DNA from: Lytechinus pictus
Lineage: Eukaryota
Direction of reading: 5' to 3'
DNA length: 64,000 bases
NCBI RefSeq assembly: GCF_037042905.1
Contig: NC_087250.1
Span: 19,284,001-19,348,000 of the forward strand
Shown here: piece by piece, positions 12,330-24,273 of the stretch
Position numbering within the stretch: position 1 is the stretch's first letter
How the letters are laid out: each line of letters opens with the position of its first letter
Translations under genes and position numbers: made by a program
Notes under the pieces: generated by a model
The model's input: only the letters and a program-made list of their open reading frames with translations
The model's database searches: none
What the model was told of the DNA's origin: nothing

Positions 12330-15300
12330 CATCATCATATCAGCCATGTTCAGCCCACTGCAAGGCGAAGGCCTCCTCAAGTTGGTGCCAAAGGTGCTTG
12401 TCTTGTGCTGAAGCAATCCAATTTATGCCAATGAATTTTGTGAGCTCGTCACTCCATCTCAATTTTTGTCTACCCGATTTCGTGATCCTAGCCATGGTCT
12501 CCAATCTGTGATGCGTTTGGTCCACCTATTATCATGTGATCTTGCAAGGTGGCCAGCCCATCTCCATTTCGTTGATTTGATTGCTTTGATTATGTCTATT
12601 ACTCTAGTCTGGCTCCTAATCCATTGTATGGTTTTCCTGTCACGTTTTGATATCCGTAGCATTATACGTTCCATACTGTGTTGAGTGGTTTTTAATTTCT
12701 GTTCCATTTTCTTTGTTACAGACCAGGTTTCAGAACCATAGGTCATTGCCATTATAACGCATTGATTAAATACTTTTCTCTTAAGTCAAATTGGCATATT
12801 GCTCTTCATAATGTCATTGAAATTCCCAAAAGCGATCCATCCAGCTCTTGTCCACCTTTTAACTTCATCCAGTTGTTCATGATCCATTCTGACGTGTTGC
12901 CCAAGGTAGATATAATGATCTACTTTCACGATTTCAGAATTATCCATTAGGATTCTTTCCTCCTTAGCAAATTTGTTGAACATTACTTTTGTCTTTTTCA
13001 TGTTGATCTTCAGACCTACTTTGTTACTTTCAGTGTTTTCTAGCTTGTGGCCATCATCAGTGATTAGAATGATATCATCGGCAAATCTCAGGTGGTGGAG
13101 ACACTCACCTTCAATGTTTAGCCCCGTACTTTCCCAGTCTAATTTACGTATTATTTCCTCCAGTGCAGCGTTGAACAGTTTGGGTGAAATGGTATCTCCC
13201 TGTCGCACTCCTCTGTTAATGGGGAATTCATCACTGTCTTTGTGCAGGTGAATGGTTGCAGTTGCTTGGCTATACATTTCCTGAATGAGTTTGATGTAAT
13301 TATGGTGCACACCTTGTACCTGTAAGGCTGTTATTACTGCCTGAAATTCTACAGTCAAAAGCTTGTGCGAAGTCTACAAATGCCACGCACAGGGGTTGTC
13401 TGTATTCGCAAGTCTTCTCCAATAGTTGGTTAAGTGTGTGAAGATGGTCTGTAGTAGAGAAGCCACTTCTGAATCCAGCTTGTTCCCTCGGTTGGTTAAA
13501 ATCTAGGGTTCCAGTGATTCTGTTTGTTAGGACTTTTGTAAATAATTTGTAGGTATTTGAAAGTAAGCTAATTTATGATTGCATTGTTCCAGCTGTCTGG
13601 TGTTTGTGTTTTTACTAAACAGAGTGTAAACAGCTTGGCCAGCTGTTCCAGGATGACATCACCTCCATCTTTAAGGACATCCACCAGCACCTCATCACTA
13701 CCTGGTGCTTTACCACGCTTCATTGCTTGCAGGGCTTTAGCAACCTCGTCTACTCCTACCGGTGGTATGTCCTCATCTGTATCTTGAGCAATGATTGGTG
13801 TGTCAACGTGGACCTTGCTGGAGTACAGGTGTTGATAGAAATCCTTCACATGATTAATTATCTGGTCTCTGTCATGAATAACACTTCCATCCTCCCCTTT
13901 AATAGCTATCAGTTGTGATTTCCCACTGGAGAGTTTACGTTTGGTGGCTTTGTAGCTGCTATTATTTTTTATGGTCTCTTGGACTTTTTTATGTTGAAGC
14001 TGCGAATTTCACTTTTCATGCGTTTTCTAATGGTTTTGCACAATTCCGTATATTCTATGCTATCCTTCTGTGTTGATACCTTCATTTGTCTCCTTTTTCT
14101 CATCAGTTCAAGTGTCTGATGATTTTCCCTTTTCCCTGCCATCTCAAGAGCACAATTTTGGACAGTGTGAGAGAATTTATCATAGATATCATTTACATCT
14201 TCCTGGTTTACTTCATCTTAAAGCACTTGGAATCTGTTCCTTAGCTGTAGTTGAAACTCGTTCTTACATTGTTTAAGTTTGTCCACATTTAGGCTGGCGT
14301 TCTTCTTCCTTATTAGTTTACATCTTTCTAGCTTGAAATTAACATGTATTTTTGCTCTCACAAGCCTGTGGTCACTTCCAGTATTGAAGCGGTTTAGCAC
14401 GGAAACGTCTTTTACGATGTCCGGTCTGTTTGTTAGAATGAGATCTATTTCGTTCCTAGTGGTGCCATTTGGGCTTTGCCATGTCCATTTTCGATGTTCC
14501 TTTTTCTTGAAGAAAGAGTTCATTACCTTAAGACCTCTGCTTAAAGCAAATTCCAGTAGACGATCTCCCCTATCATTCCTAGTGCCTATTCCAAATTTTC
14601 CTAGCATCACCTCGCTATTATCTTCCATTTTACCAACTTTAGCACTGAAATCTCCCATAACTATAGTAATGTTTGCTTTGTCCTCATCAAGTAGTTTAGC
14701 AATTTCCTCATAGACCATATCAACCTCTTCATCAGTATGGCTAGATGTTGGAAGGTATACTTGAATGATTTTCATGGTTTGTTTCTTGGAGATTTTTAGG
14801 ATGATCTGGGATACTCTGTCTGAAGTGCTCTTGTAGCTAATGACATTGGATGCTATCGCCTTGTGAATAAGGAAACCTACCCCTCCTATGCTACTTTCCT
14901 CCTTTCCCCTTGTGTACAGCAGATGTCCACTTTTTAGATGTTGTAGATGTTCCCCGCGGCGTCTAACCTCACACAATCCGACTATGTCCCATGTGATGTT
15001 GCCTAGTTCTTTTTCCAGCTCACATAGCCTATCCTCTCCTAAAAGGGAACGTACATTATATGTACAGATGGTCACATCCTTTAAGGAGCCTGTCCTAGCC
15101 CAGAGATTCTTAGCACCCTCTGCTCCTTTCTTGCCACAACCGCTCCCGTAGCTGGGCAATCCAGAGCTGCTGGGGACTGAGGGCCGTTTCTTTCTTTGTG
15201 CTGCCATAGTCTTGAGGGTGTGTGGCCTTGACTCACCATGCTGGCCACAGTTGCATGTTGGTGAGTTGTGGATGTCGTTGATCAATTATGATTCCTCCGC

Positions 15301-15512
15301 CTTTAGATGGCATTTCCTTGGACATCAGGGTCCCACTACCCTTCTCAGGTTACCCGAGTTTGCCAGGTTAATTTCCGCCGCCTGGGGCTCGGCGTTGGCG
15401 TTTGCTGGCAGTACTGGCTCACTGAGTAAATCAGTGTAACGCCACATTAGCAGTCAGGTTCTGATACCCCTTCCAAGTTCATGACCTCACTGGCCAGACA
15501 GAGGAATAATCT
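12330..15512 (-). mobile_element. Near full-length RTE-clade LINE (APE endonuclease + RT), disrupted by frameshifts (copy 1 only)
   Basis: APE motifs TYNVRSL, GLCEVR, MGDFSAKVG, SDHRLV; RT motifs GVRQGDTISPKLF, LRFADDI; C-terminal KWRWAGHLAR; (TGA)n tail; TSD AAATTCAGAT at 12320-12329 and 15513-15522; empty site at ~47171. Confidence 0.93.
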
Positions 15513-15789
15513 AAATTCAGATACCCCCCACCAAATGAGTTTTTGGTATCCTTTCTTCAAATTGTTTTTGCTCACTCATGCGTGAATGAGGAATAATCTA
15601 AGTAATTTCAGAACAAAGAGGACATTCTAAGCTTTACATTGGTAGGTCATTTGTCTATTATATTTATGATTAAGTTATGATAAATCATCGCTAAATCTCG
15701 GTTTCATGTTTTGTGGGACGCATTGTAGAAAGGGTTAATGCCTTTCATACTTTGTCATGATTTAGGACATCTTTGAAATATTTCTGGCG

Positions 15790-17980
15790 TAATTCATTAC
15801 TGATACACAAACTTTTAGAAGTCATCATGAAATATGGCATTACGCCAGCTACATCCACAAACCTCTTGACTTTCTTTCTTCCTTCCCTCCATCACTTTCC
15901 TCTTGCATCTCTTTCTTTATAACTTGCACACGTTGCATGAACTTTGGTTGATTTACTTGTAATCCTATGTGTACAAACAGAACAAATTGTCACCAAAAAA
16001 ATTCACAAATTTGAACAGATGATTAATCAATGAAACAAGTTTTCTCCGCAATTTTTTTTCTGAGCGGCTTGAACAACGTTGATGAAATAAACAAGGTACT
16101 GGAGGAAATGATATTGTCTGTGCGGCCTGAATGACTTTGATCAAAAATTCAATTTACAATTAGTGTCTCTCCAAGTTACCATCTTTCAGGCCAGTCAAGT
16201 TGAGATAATAACTTTTAAAAACAATTTTTTGTTATATTGCAATTTGTACAATTTTGTTCAAACTTTAGTCTAGACCTCCTCTGATGTTTTTTCCTGATTT
16301 CTTTGGGGTTGGAGTCCCCTTAGTTTGGAGAATTTTCTTTGAAAAGAGTTTGCTCTGTGAAATAGTTGCAGGTTTATAACACAATACATTACTGATACAC
16401 ATACATTTAGAAGCCATCATGAAATATGACATTATGCCAACGACATTCACAAACCTCTTGACTTTCTTTCCTCCTCCCCTCCATCACTTTCCTCTTTGAT
16501 CTCTTCCTTTATAACTTGCACACGTTGCATGAACTTTGGTTGATTTACCACAGGTATTCCTGTGTGTACAAACAGATCAAATAAACAAGGTAATGGGAGC
16601 ATATGATATTGTCTGTGCAGCCTGAAAGAGTTTGATCAAAAATTCAACTTACATCTAGCGTCTTTCCAAGTTACCAGCTTATACATCACATGTATGCCAG
16701 TCAAGTTAAGATTATAACTTTTAACGTTAAAAATATTTTTTATAATGAAATTTGTACCATTTTGTTCAAATCTTAGTCTAGACCTCCTCTGATGTTTTTT
16801 CATGATTTCTTTTTTGGTTGGAGTCCCCTTGATTTGGAGAATTTTCTTCGAAAAAAATGTTTGCTCTGGGAAATAGATGCAGGTTTCTGACACAATACAT
16901 TACAGATACACATAATTTAAGAAGCCATCATGAAATATGACATTATGCCAGCGACATTCACAAACCTCTTGACTTTATTTCCTCCTCCCCTCCATCAAAT
17001 TCCTCTTTGATCTCTTTCTTTATAACTTGCACACGTTGCATGAACTTTGGTTGATTTACCACAGGTATTCCTGTGTGTACAAACAGATCAAATAAACAAG
17101 GTAATGGGAGCATATGATAATGTCTGTGCGGATTGAATGACTTTGATCAAAAATTCAAATTATATTTAATGTCTTTCCAAGTTACCAGCTTTTACGCCAA
17201 TCAAGTTGAGATTATAACTTTTTGAAACAATTTTTTATTATATTGAAATTTGTACAACTTTGTTCAAACTTTAGTCTAGACCTCCTCTGATGTTTTTTCA
17301 TGATTTCTTTGGGGTTCGAGTCCCCTTAGTTTGGAGAATTTTTTTCGAAAAAAAAGTCTGCTCTGTGAAATAGTTACAGGTTTCTGACACAGTACATTAC
17401 AGATACACATACTTTTAGATATCATCATGACATATGACATTACGCCAGCGACATTCACAAACCTCTTGACTCTATTTCCTCCTCCCCTCCATCACTTTCC
17501 TCTTTGATCTCTTCCTTTATAACTTGCACACGTTGCATGAACTTTGGCTGATTTACCTGTAATCCTGTGTGTACAAACAGAACAAATTGTCACAAAAAAG
17601 TTCACATATTTGAACAGATAATTCATCAATGAAACAAGTTATCTACGCGATTTTTTTTCTGAGCGGCTTGAACAACATTGATCAAAGAAACAAGGTACTG
17701 GAGGAAATGCTATTGTCTGTGCGGCCTGAATGTCTTTGATCAAAAATTTAATTTACATTTAATGTCTCTCCAAGTTACCATCTTTTAGGCCAGTCAAGTT
17801 GAGATAATAACTTTTAAAAACAATTTTTTGTTATATTGCAATTTGTATAATTTTGTTCAAACTTTAGTCTAGACCTCCTCTGATGTTTTTTCATGATTTC
17901 TTTTGGGGTTGGAGTCTGATTAGTTTGGAGAATTTTCTTTAAAGAAAAAAAGTTTGCTCTGTGAAATACTTCGCAGGTTT
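15790..17980. repeat. Four tandem ~500-590-bp intronic repeat units
   Basis: CATTAC(T/A)GATACACA...CACAAACCTCTTGACT recurs at ~15795, 16387, 16897 and 17395; copy 2 has three units. Confidence 0.85.
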
Positions 17981-18036
17981 AATACCAGGAGAATAGAATC
18001 ATCCTTCAACAAATTAAAATAATGGAATGTACGTAC

Positions 18037-18172
18037 CAAGATTTATCATCATCTCATAGTTTTCTTTGACATTCTTGATACATGTTCTCTCATAAACGCT
18101 GATCTTTGCCCATTCCTTGGCTGTGAAGTAAACCTGGACATCTGAATATTGATCCGTCTCTGGAAGGGACAT
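18037..18172 (-). CDS. First coding exon, copy 1: ancestral (PRDM9/SSX-type) KRAB-A domain
   Basis: CACCATG start; MSLPETDQYSDVQVYFTAKEWAKISVYERTCIKNVKENYEMMINL-G|GTACGT. Shares YFT..EWA....E.T...NVK.NY....I.GL with PRDM9 KRAB and the phase-1 intron after LG typical of KRAB-A exons. Upstream acceptor at 18210-18212. Confidence 0.88.
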
Positions 18173-18541
18173 GGTGATTAACTTCCAACCCAACGGCACA
18201 AAGACTTTCCTGTGATATGCATCAAATAGTAGAAATAAAATTTGCATTTAAAAGTAGAAATAATTGTGAAAGTTTAATTAAAGCTAAATGAACGTAGTTG
18301 CAGTAAAACACTGATTTCGTGAGAAAGTCTGTAAAACCAAGGTAAAGTATTAATATATCATCGTGGATCTAGATCTGGTACAGTTACATAAACTGAACTC
18401 ATAATATCTAGCTAAAGAACGATCACACTGAAGATCGCCAACACAGATAGGCACACGTGGGACAGTGTATTATTATTGCTGGAATAAAGACCCGACGGAA
18501 GTGACCGAATCCGCGCTTATTTTGCTTATTTCTCAGCAATA

Positions 18542-19415
18542 AGCCTGTTCACGGTTGTAAACTGCGCACGAGCAGAAAAAGGTCATTGGTGACAACCATG
18601 AAGGTGGCTTTCAAATTCACTGACATAGGCATTTGTGATTTGATGATTATTCATGTATTCCTTTCAAAATATTTATCACATCCAAGCTGAAGAGTAATAA
18701 ATAGAGCCTTCACAATCACTGGTATTTGACAGTAGCCTAAACAATAGTCGAATGTGCCAAAGGCAGACAATAAAACAGATTTCCAAACTTTATCCCTGTG
18801 TACTATTCTAGTCACCTGGTCTATACAATGCCTTTTGTTCTTAGAATTTAAATACTCTTACGGTAAAGCTTACGCAACATCTACATTTCAAAATGATAGT
18901 GCTTATCCTAATGAACAATCACAAAGGTCATTTGAGAAAAGTTGATCATGAGCTAACCGTGAACTGGCTTATAGACCAGTTCGTAGTTACCTCATGGACA
19001 ATTTTGGTCAAATGACCTTTCATTTCTTTCATTATGATAGGCAGATTTCAAAGCAAGATATTACATAAGCTTGCCTTATATAGCAGGATGAAGAAATTGA
19101 ATAGACTAGATGACTAGAATAGCTCACCAATGAACACTTTATGAAGGTATTTGTTGCATTCCTACTTTGAATGCATATCATAGCATGTTGCACAATGTAC
19201 TTGGCAAAGTGTGAAATACCAGTCGTTAGTGGACGCATTGTTGTTTTTTGATGTACATGAAAACCACAATTCAAAGGAATACATAATCAAGACATCAAAG
19301 TTGGTGCTTATCTCATTAGATTTTAAACCACCATGTCACTTTAGTACAAATGACCTTCCTCTGATCATGCATAGAATCTTTTGATCATGCGCAGAAAGGA
19401 ACTACGAACTGGCAT
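18542..19415. mobile_element. Two adjacent related short TIR elements (~18542-18969 and ~18973-19415)
   Basis: AGCCTGTTCACGGTT...AACCGTGAACTGGCT and GACCAGTTCGTAGTT...AACTACGAACTGGC, each flanked by TA. Confidence 0.55.
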
Positions 19416-19494
19416 ATTACAAAATTTCTTCCAGAATCCTTTGGCACATATTTTTTATTCATGAATACAAACAGACACTTTGGTGATCATTATA

Positions 19495-21226
19495 CAGTGC
19501 GTCCCAAAAAAAAAAACACTTTTAAAATGGCTGCCAAATAAAAAAGTAGCACTTTGGGGGAAGAGACTTATAGATATGGAAAGCCAATAAAGTCAACTTT
19601 CAAATGACACCAAAAAGTTGGAAAACTATTCATGCTTGAGCGAGCACTGCCCACTGAAACAAAGGGTATGAAAATTAGGGTGGGCCGGAATTAGCCTTCC
19701 AATTTCTTTCAGGTTTTTTTTTGTTTGGTACTTGCAATGTTCAGGGTTATTTGGTGAATTAAAAATCAGTTGTGATCAGTTTGTTGTTTGTGAAAATTTA
19801 ATGCGTTATTAAATTGAAATAGCAATTTTTAGTGAAGCATTTTGTCATTATTATGTGGATCTCAACAATGTGTTCATTGTGTAATATGACTTAGGTAGGT
19901 GAAGTATACTTACGTTGATGGGATAAAGGTCAACAGAACATTTAGCACCCCTCTCTCATCTCACCCCCCCCCCCCCACGCTTCTCTCCTCCTGAGAGGCT
20001 ATAAGCTCGGCTAGGATGGGCAGGAATTAGCCTTAAAGTTTTGTTTTAGTGGTTAGTCCTTTGGAACTTGCTAAGCTAAATTAATAAGTGAGATAAGTTT
20101 TGGTTTCTTAGGCAAATTTCATGAGTTACTAAATTGAAATGTAATGCATGAGTGAACAGGAATTGTAATTTTAGTGTAGCATATTCATCTTGTGGACCTC
20201 AGAAATGTGATCGTGAGAGTCAGAGTAATGTGATGGTACCTGGGGCATTCCTCTTCTTTTTGTCCTTTTACAAATTAAAAGTCATATGTACCCTCCCCTC
20301 TCCACCTCCATTTCCCAGCCCCCCTCTCCCTCTCTCTGTCTCACTTCGTGGATTGTAGCCTATTCAAAATTTAACTGCCACTAAAATGACCGGTAGCTGA
20401 TGGTCAGTTTTTCTATTGAATGATTACCAAGAAATCTAATGATTAGGATGATTAAGGAAATAATTTATTGAAAAAACTGAATGTTTGCTTGATCATATTG
20501 CACATTGAATGAGTTGATTTACTGATAAATTGTTGATTAAATGATTGATAGGAAAAAGTTGATGCCCCAATTCAGAATTAATCATTAAATCAACATTCTG
20601 CTCTGGACTTCACGCGTACATGACAATAGCAATCAGTCTCTCAACAGGAGGGGAGGGCGGGAAAGAGGGAGGGGGCGGGGCTGAATGTTTTGTTGACCCT
20701 TATTTCATCAACCTACTTCTCCCACTTAAGTCCTACATGTATCTCACCCCCTATTCTCCCGACTCCCATGAACACATTGCTGAGTTCCACATGATAAAGT
20801 TGAAATGCTACCCAAAAAGAGATCCAAATGATAAACTTGAAATGCTGCCCAAAAAGTGTAATTTGTGTTCACTCATGCATTAAAGTTCAATTTAATAATT
20901 CTAATTTATGAAATTTGCTTAAGCAACCAAAACTGGTTACGGTTGATCATTAATTTATCACAACGCCCTTAACTTAACATGTTCGAAACGATTTGCCTCT
21001 CAAAAACTGACATAAATTGGAAGGCAAATTCCAGCCCACCCTAATTTTCAAACCTTTGTTTCAGTGGGCAGTGCTCGCTTAAGCATGAATAATTTTCCAA
21101 CTTTTTGGTGTCATTTGAAATTTGAATTTATTGGCTTTCCATATCTATAAGTCTTTTCCCCCAAAGTGCTACATTTTTTATTTGGCAGCCATTTCAAAAG
21201 TGTATAGTTATTTTGGGGACGCACTG
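19495..21226. mobile_element. Tc1/mariner-type MITE with ~200-bp TIRs
   Basis: TA-CAGTGCGTCCC...GGGACGCACTG-TA; long inverted arms (AAATGGCTGCCAAATAAAAA / TTTTTATTTGGCAGCCATTT). Confidence 0.85.
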
Positions 21227-21289
21227 TATTAAATTCTGTAAAAAAGTCATTTTGAGATCGTTCCCACAACTGGAATTTATCTTTAAATA

Positions 21290-21825
21290 AAATATTATAA
21301 ATTGTAAAAGTTTGCACTAAATAGTCGAAATAATTGTGAATGTTTCTATCAAAAAATAGAAATTGTTAAAGTTTGCATCGGAGGTTAGAAATAAGTGTGA
21401 AATTCACACCAAATACATTAGAAATAATTATGAAAGTCTGCATCAAAAAGTAGAAATAATTGTGAAATATAGCATCAATAGTAGAAATAATTGTGAAAAA
21501 TTGCATCAAATAGAGTTTGTCAAATTTTGCATCAAGAAATACTCATAAAAGTTTGCATCAAAGAGTACAAATGATAAAAAAATTGTGAAAGTTTGCATCT
21601 AATACATAGCAGAAATAATTGTGAAAGTTTGCATCAAATCTAAATATAAGAAGACTTAATGTATTAAATTGAGATGACCTTGGCCTAAAAAAATATAGAT
21701 TGTCAAATTTTGCATCAACAAATACTTGTGAAAGTTTGCATCAAAGAGTACAAATAATTCAAAAATTGTGAAAGTTTGCATCTGATACACTGTAGAAGAA
21801 ATAATTGTGAAAGTTTGCATCAAGA
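21290..21825. repeat. ~30-bp minisatellite (AATAATTGTGAAAGTTTGCATCAAA), also 49375-49940
   Basis: Many degenerate tandem units upstream of the KRAB exon in both copies. Confidence 0.8.
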
Positions 21826-24273
21826 AGACTTAACGGATTCAATTGAGATGGTCTTGGCCTAAGAAAAAAATCAGATTTTTGTTTCAAAATAAATTATGGA
21901 TTTTCAATTTTTCTTTCTCTCTACCTCTTTGAAAGACTTTGATGCTCGAAGTAGGTTAAGCGTACAATCGTGTATGATCAAAGAGGATAGGAAATACAGG
22001 ATCTCTCAGTCTCAACATCAAGAACCTTTCCATTTCAATCTGTTTTTGTTGAACATACATACAGTACATTACATGTAGGGTTGGAAACTTTCCAGAAATT
22101 TTAGTGTAATTTACACTATCTTTCATTTTTCTTTATGGGTCAATCCATGTCAAATCAACCAATGCTTGTCACCCGACCCTCTTCGATTTTCTTTAAACTC
22201 GCACCAAATGTTGCCCCAAGTGTCTGACGGAAAAATCTGAAATATTTTGCCCCAAGGTCAAATGGTTGCTAAGATACGGCCTCCCATAGCAACCAATGCG
22301 CACACAAAGAAATTATTTTAAATAAAATTGCCTATTTTTGATTGACTACTGCAGCAAAGTTTGATTGATTACAGTCTTCATTTTAGGTAAATTGGAAGAA
22401 CTTTTTGGTCTAAACATGTAAGAGTATTCTGTAGCGCGGACCTGTCAACCGGATTTCGCACATGAGGTCACTGAAAATGGCGTTAAGCATCCGTGTTAAT
22501 GATTTCAGAAGCATGTTTGGAGGCTCATAAATCCAAAACTAAATTAGCTTAGAACCAAATATTATTATGCACATTTATGGACTGTCATATACTCAACAGA
22601 ATTACAAAAAATTGACCCAAGAGTGTGTGTAGTTTTCCTGTAGGGCGCCCTCAAAGTTGGATTTTTTTTCAAAAGATGCCAAGTTCAAGGTCACGGATCA
22701 CCTCCTGTCCCATCGAGGAGGGAGACCAATTTCTGTGTTTTGATAGACATTTACCCATATTTTCAAGTGTTACTTGAGAAATTTTGCTACCGGAATGTTT
22801 AGGGGCTGATTTGCGCATTCCAAAATGGTCGTAAACACCCTAAAATTGATGTTAATGACACATACATCATGCTTTTCAACACTTTTCAAATTGTGATAAC
22901 TCAGAGTCAAAGATGAAGAGCCAAAAGACATTGATCTTCTGTGATGATAGTCTGTAATTATTAAAAGGATAGGCCTATCTTCAGAAATAGTTTTTATTGT
23001 TGGTAATGACCTTGAAAACACACCTATACGTGTCGCTCATCTCGTCGTGCAACAGGCCCCATGGCCATAGTCCTACCCGTAGATTCCCCACAGGCAGGAT
23101 GGTTGCAGTGAGCCAGTGTAGCGGCCGGTAGTGAAGTGCAGGGTTGCCAGATCGTCGCTAGTCTTTACGGCCAAACTCAACAGATTTTGCGGCCAAATTC
23201 GGCCAAACAATTTTTTTTCACGGCTAAATTTCACGGCCAAATTTTATCTACATTAGGAAAAATTAGACATACCCCTATACCCAATTAATGATACTATGTG
23301 CTTCCCTAATAGAGCCTGCATACTTTAAAAAAAGTTAGATCTCATGTAAACCGTGCGGAACGGGTGCTGAAGCGGAGAATAGTTCGCAAAGTCAGTACAT
23401 TGGTGACTATCGACTCGAGGAAAATGGCCGATGAAAGCACCATGCATTTCGATCTAGTTCATACCAGCTATATTTGAGGAGCATTTAAAAGATTGAGCTT
23501 TTTTGTTTTGTTTTGTTTTGCCAATAATCATATGCCAAGCTTCATGGGGGATTTTCAAACTCACGACAAAAAGAGAGAGAGAGAGAAAATTATAGTTGAG
23601 GAAGTATTGAGAAAGAAGAAACAGAAAAAAATAGAAAACGTAATATGTAAAGTTGGGCTGCTTTTGATTACTTTTAATCACATTATATAGCCAAACACTG
23701 TTTATTTTGCAATTACATCTTTATATGGTCATGACTAACCAAACATGTACAGCCTTCAGATAACCTGGATCCGCCCCTGTTGGAGCTGTGATTTTCCTCA
23801 TTTCTTTCTCTGTCATCGATCTCCATCCTACTTGCCGCATACTAGTAGGCATATTTTTATCACATATTTTTAGTAAAAGCCCTGATTTTAAATTGTGAGA
23901 CACACCTACTCGATTTTAAATCCTAGTAGATATCCAATAAAAAAAGAAGAGAGAAAAAAAGACATAGAAAAGAAAAAGAAAAAAGAAAGGAAAAAGAACT
24001 AAATATTTGAATTTTACTTTATTCAATTACTTTTTTTTTTAAAGAAAACAAACGTTAATAATATAATATATATGATGGCGAAAATATGATGATGGTGACT
24101 GGTTGCCAAATGAAAATAAGAATCCCCTCCCCAACACGCAACTAATCTCGCGTTTTGAGAATGCATGCTGTATATCCATGAAGCTATTGGTATTATTATT
24201 AATAGCTTCATACGTTAGTTAGCTAGATCAGGGCTTAATCCATGCAAAGTACACGCCGTGGCACATGCCTCCG

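Larger units (their letters stand above)
9768..15725. mobile_element. Tc1/mariner-type MITE, left TIR lost, hosting a Harbinger-like MITE and an RTE LINE
   Basis: Right end ...TTGTGGGACGCATTG-TA; the intact, uninterrupted counterpart is 46607-47383. Confidence 0.75.
18282..21282. mobile_element. TTAA-flanked non-autonomous DNA element (Kolobok-like) with nested insertions (copy 1 only)
   Basis: TTAA-AG(C/A)TAAAT imperfect termini; absent from copy 2 (~49410); a related inverted copy lies at ~41690-42065. Confidence 0.6.

Noticed and set aside
15440..15500. HDV-like ribozyme at the RTE 5' end (GCUAAUGUGGC resembles J4/2-P2)
   Set aside because: I could not build a convincing P1, P1.1 or L3; it would need a descriptor search on the family consensus.
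5399..18172. Calling the gene PRDM9
   Set aside because: No PR/SET or SSXRD is visible, and the fingers are heterogeneous rather than a homogeneous minisatellite array, so the symbol is left blank.
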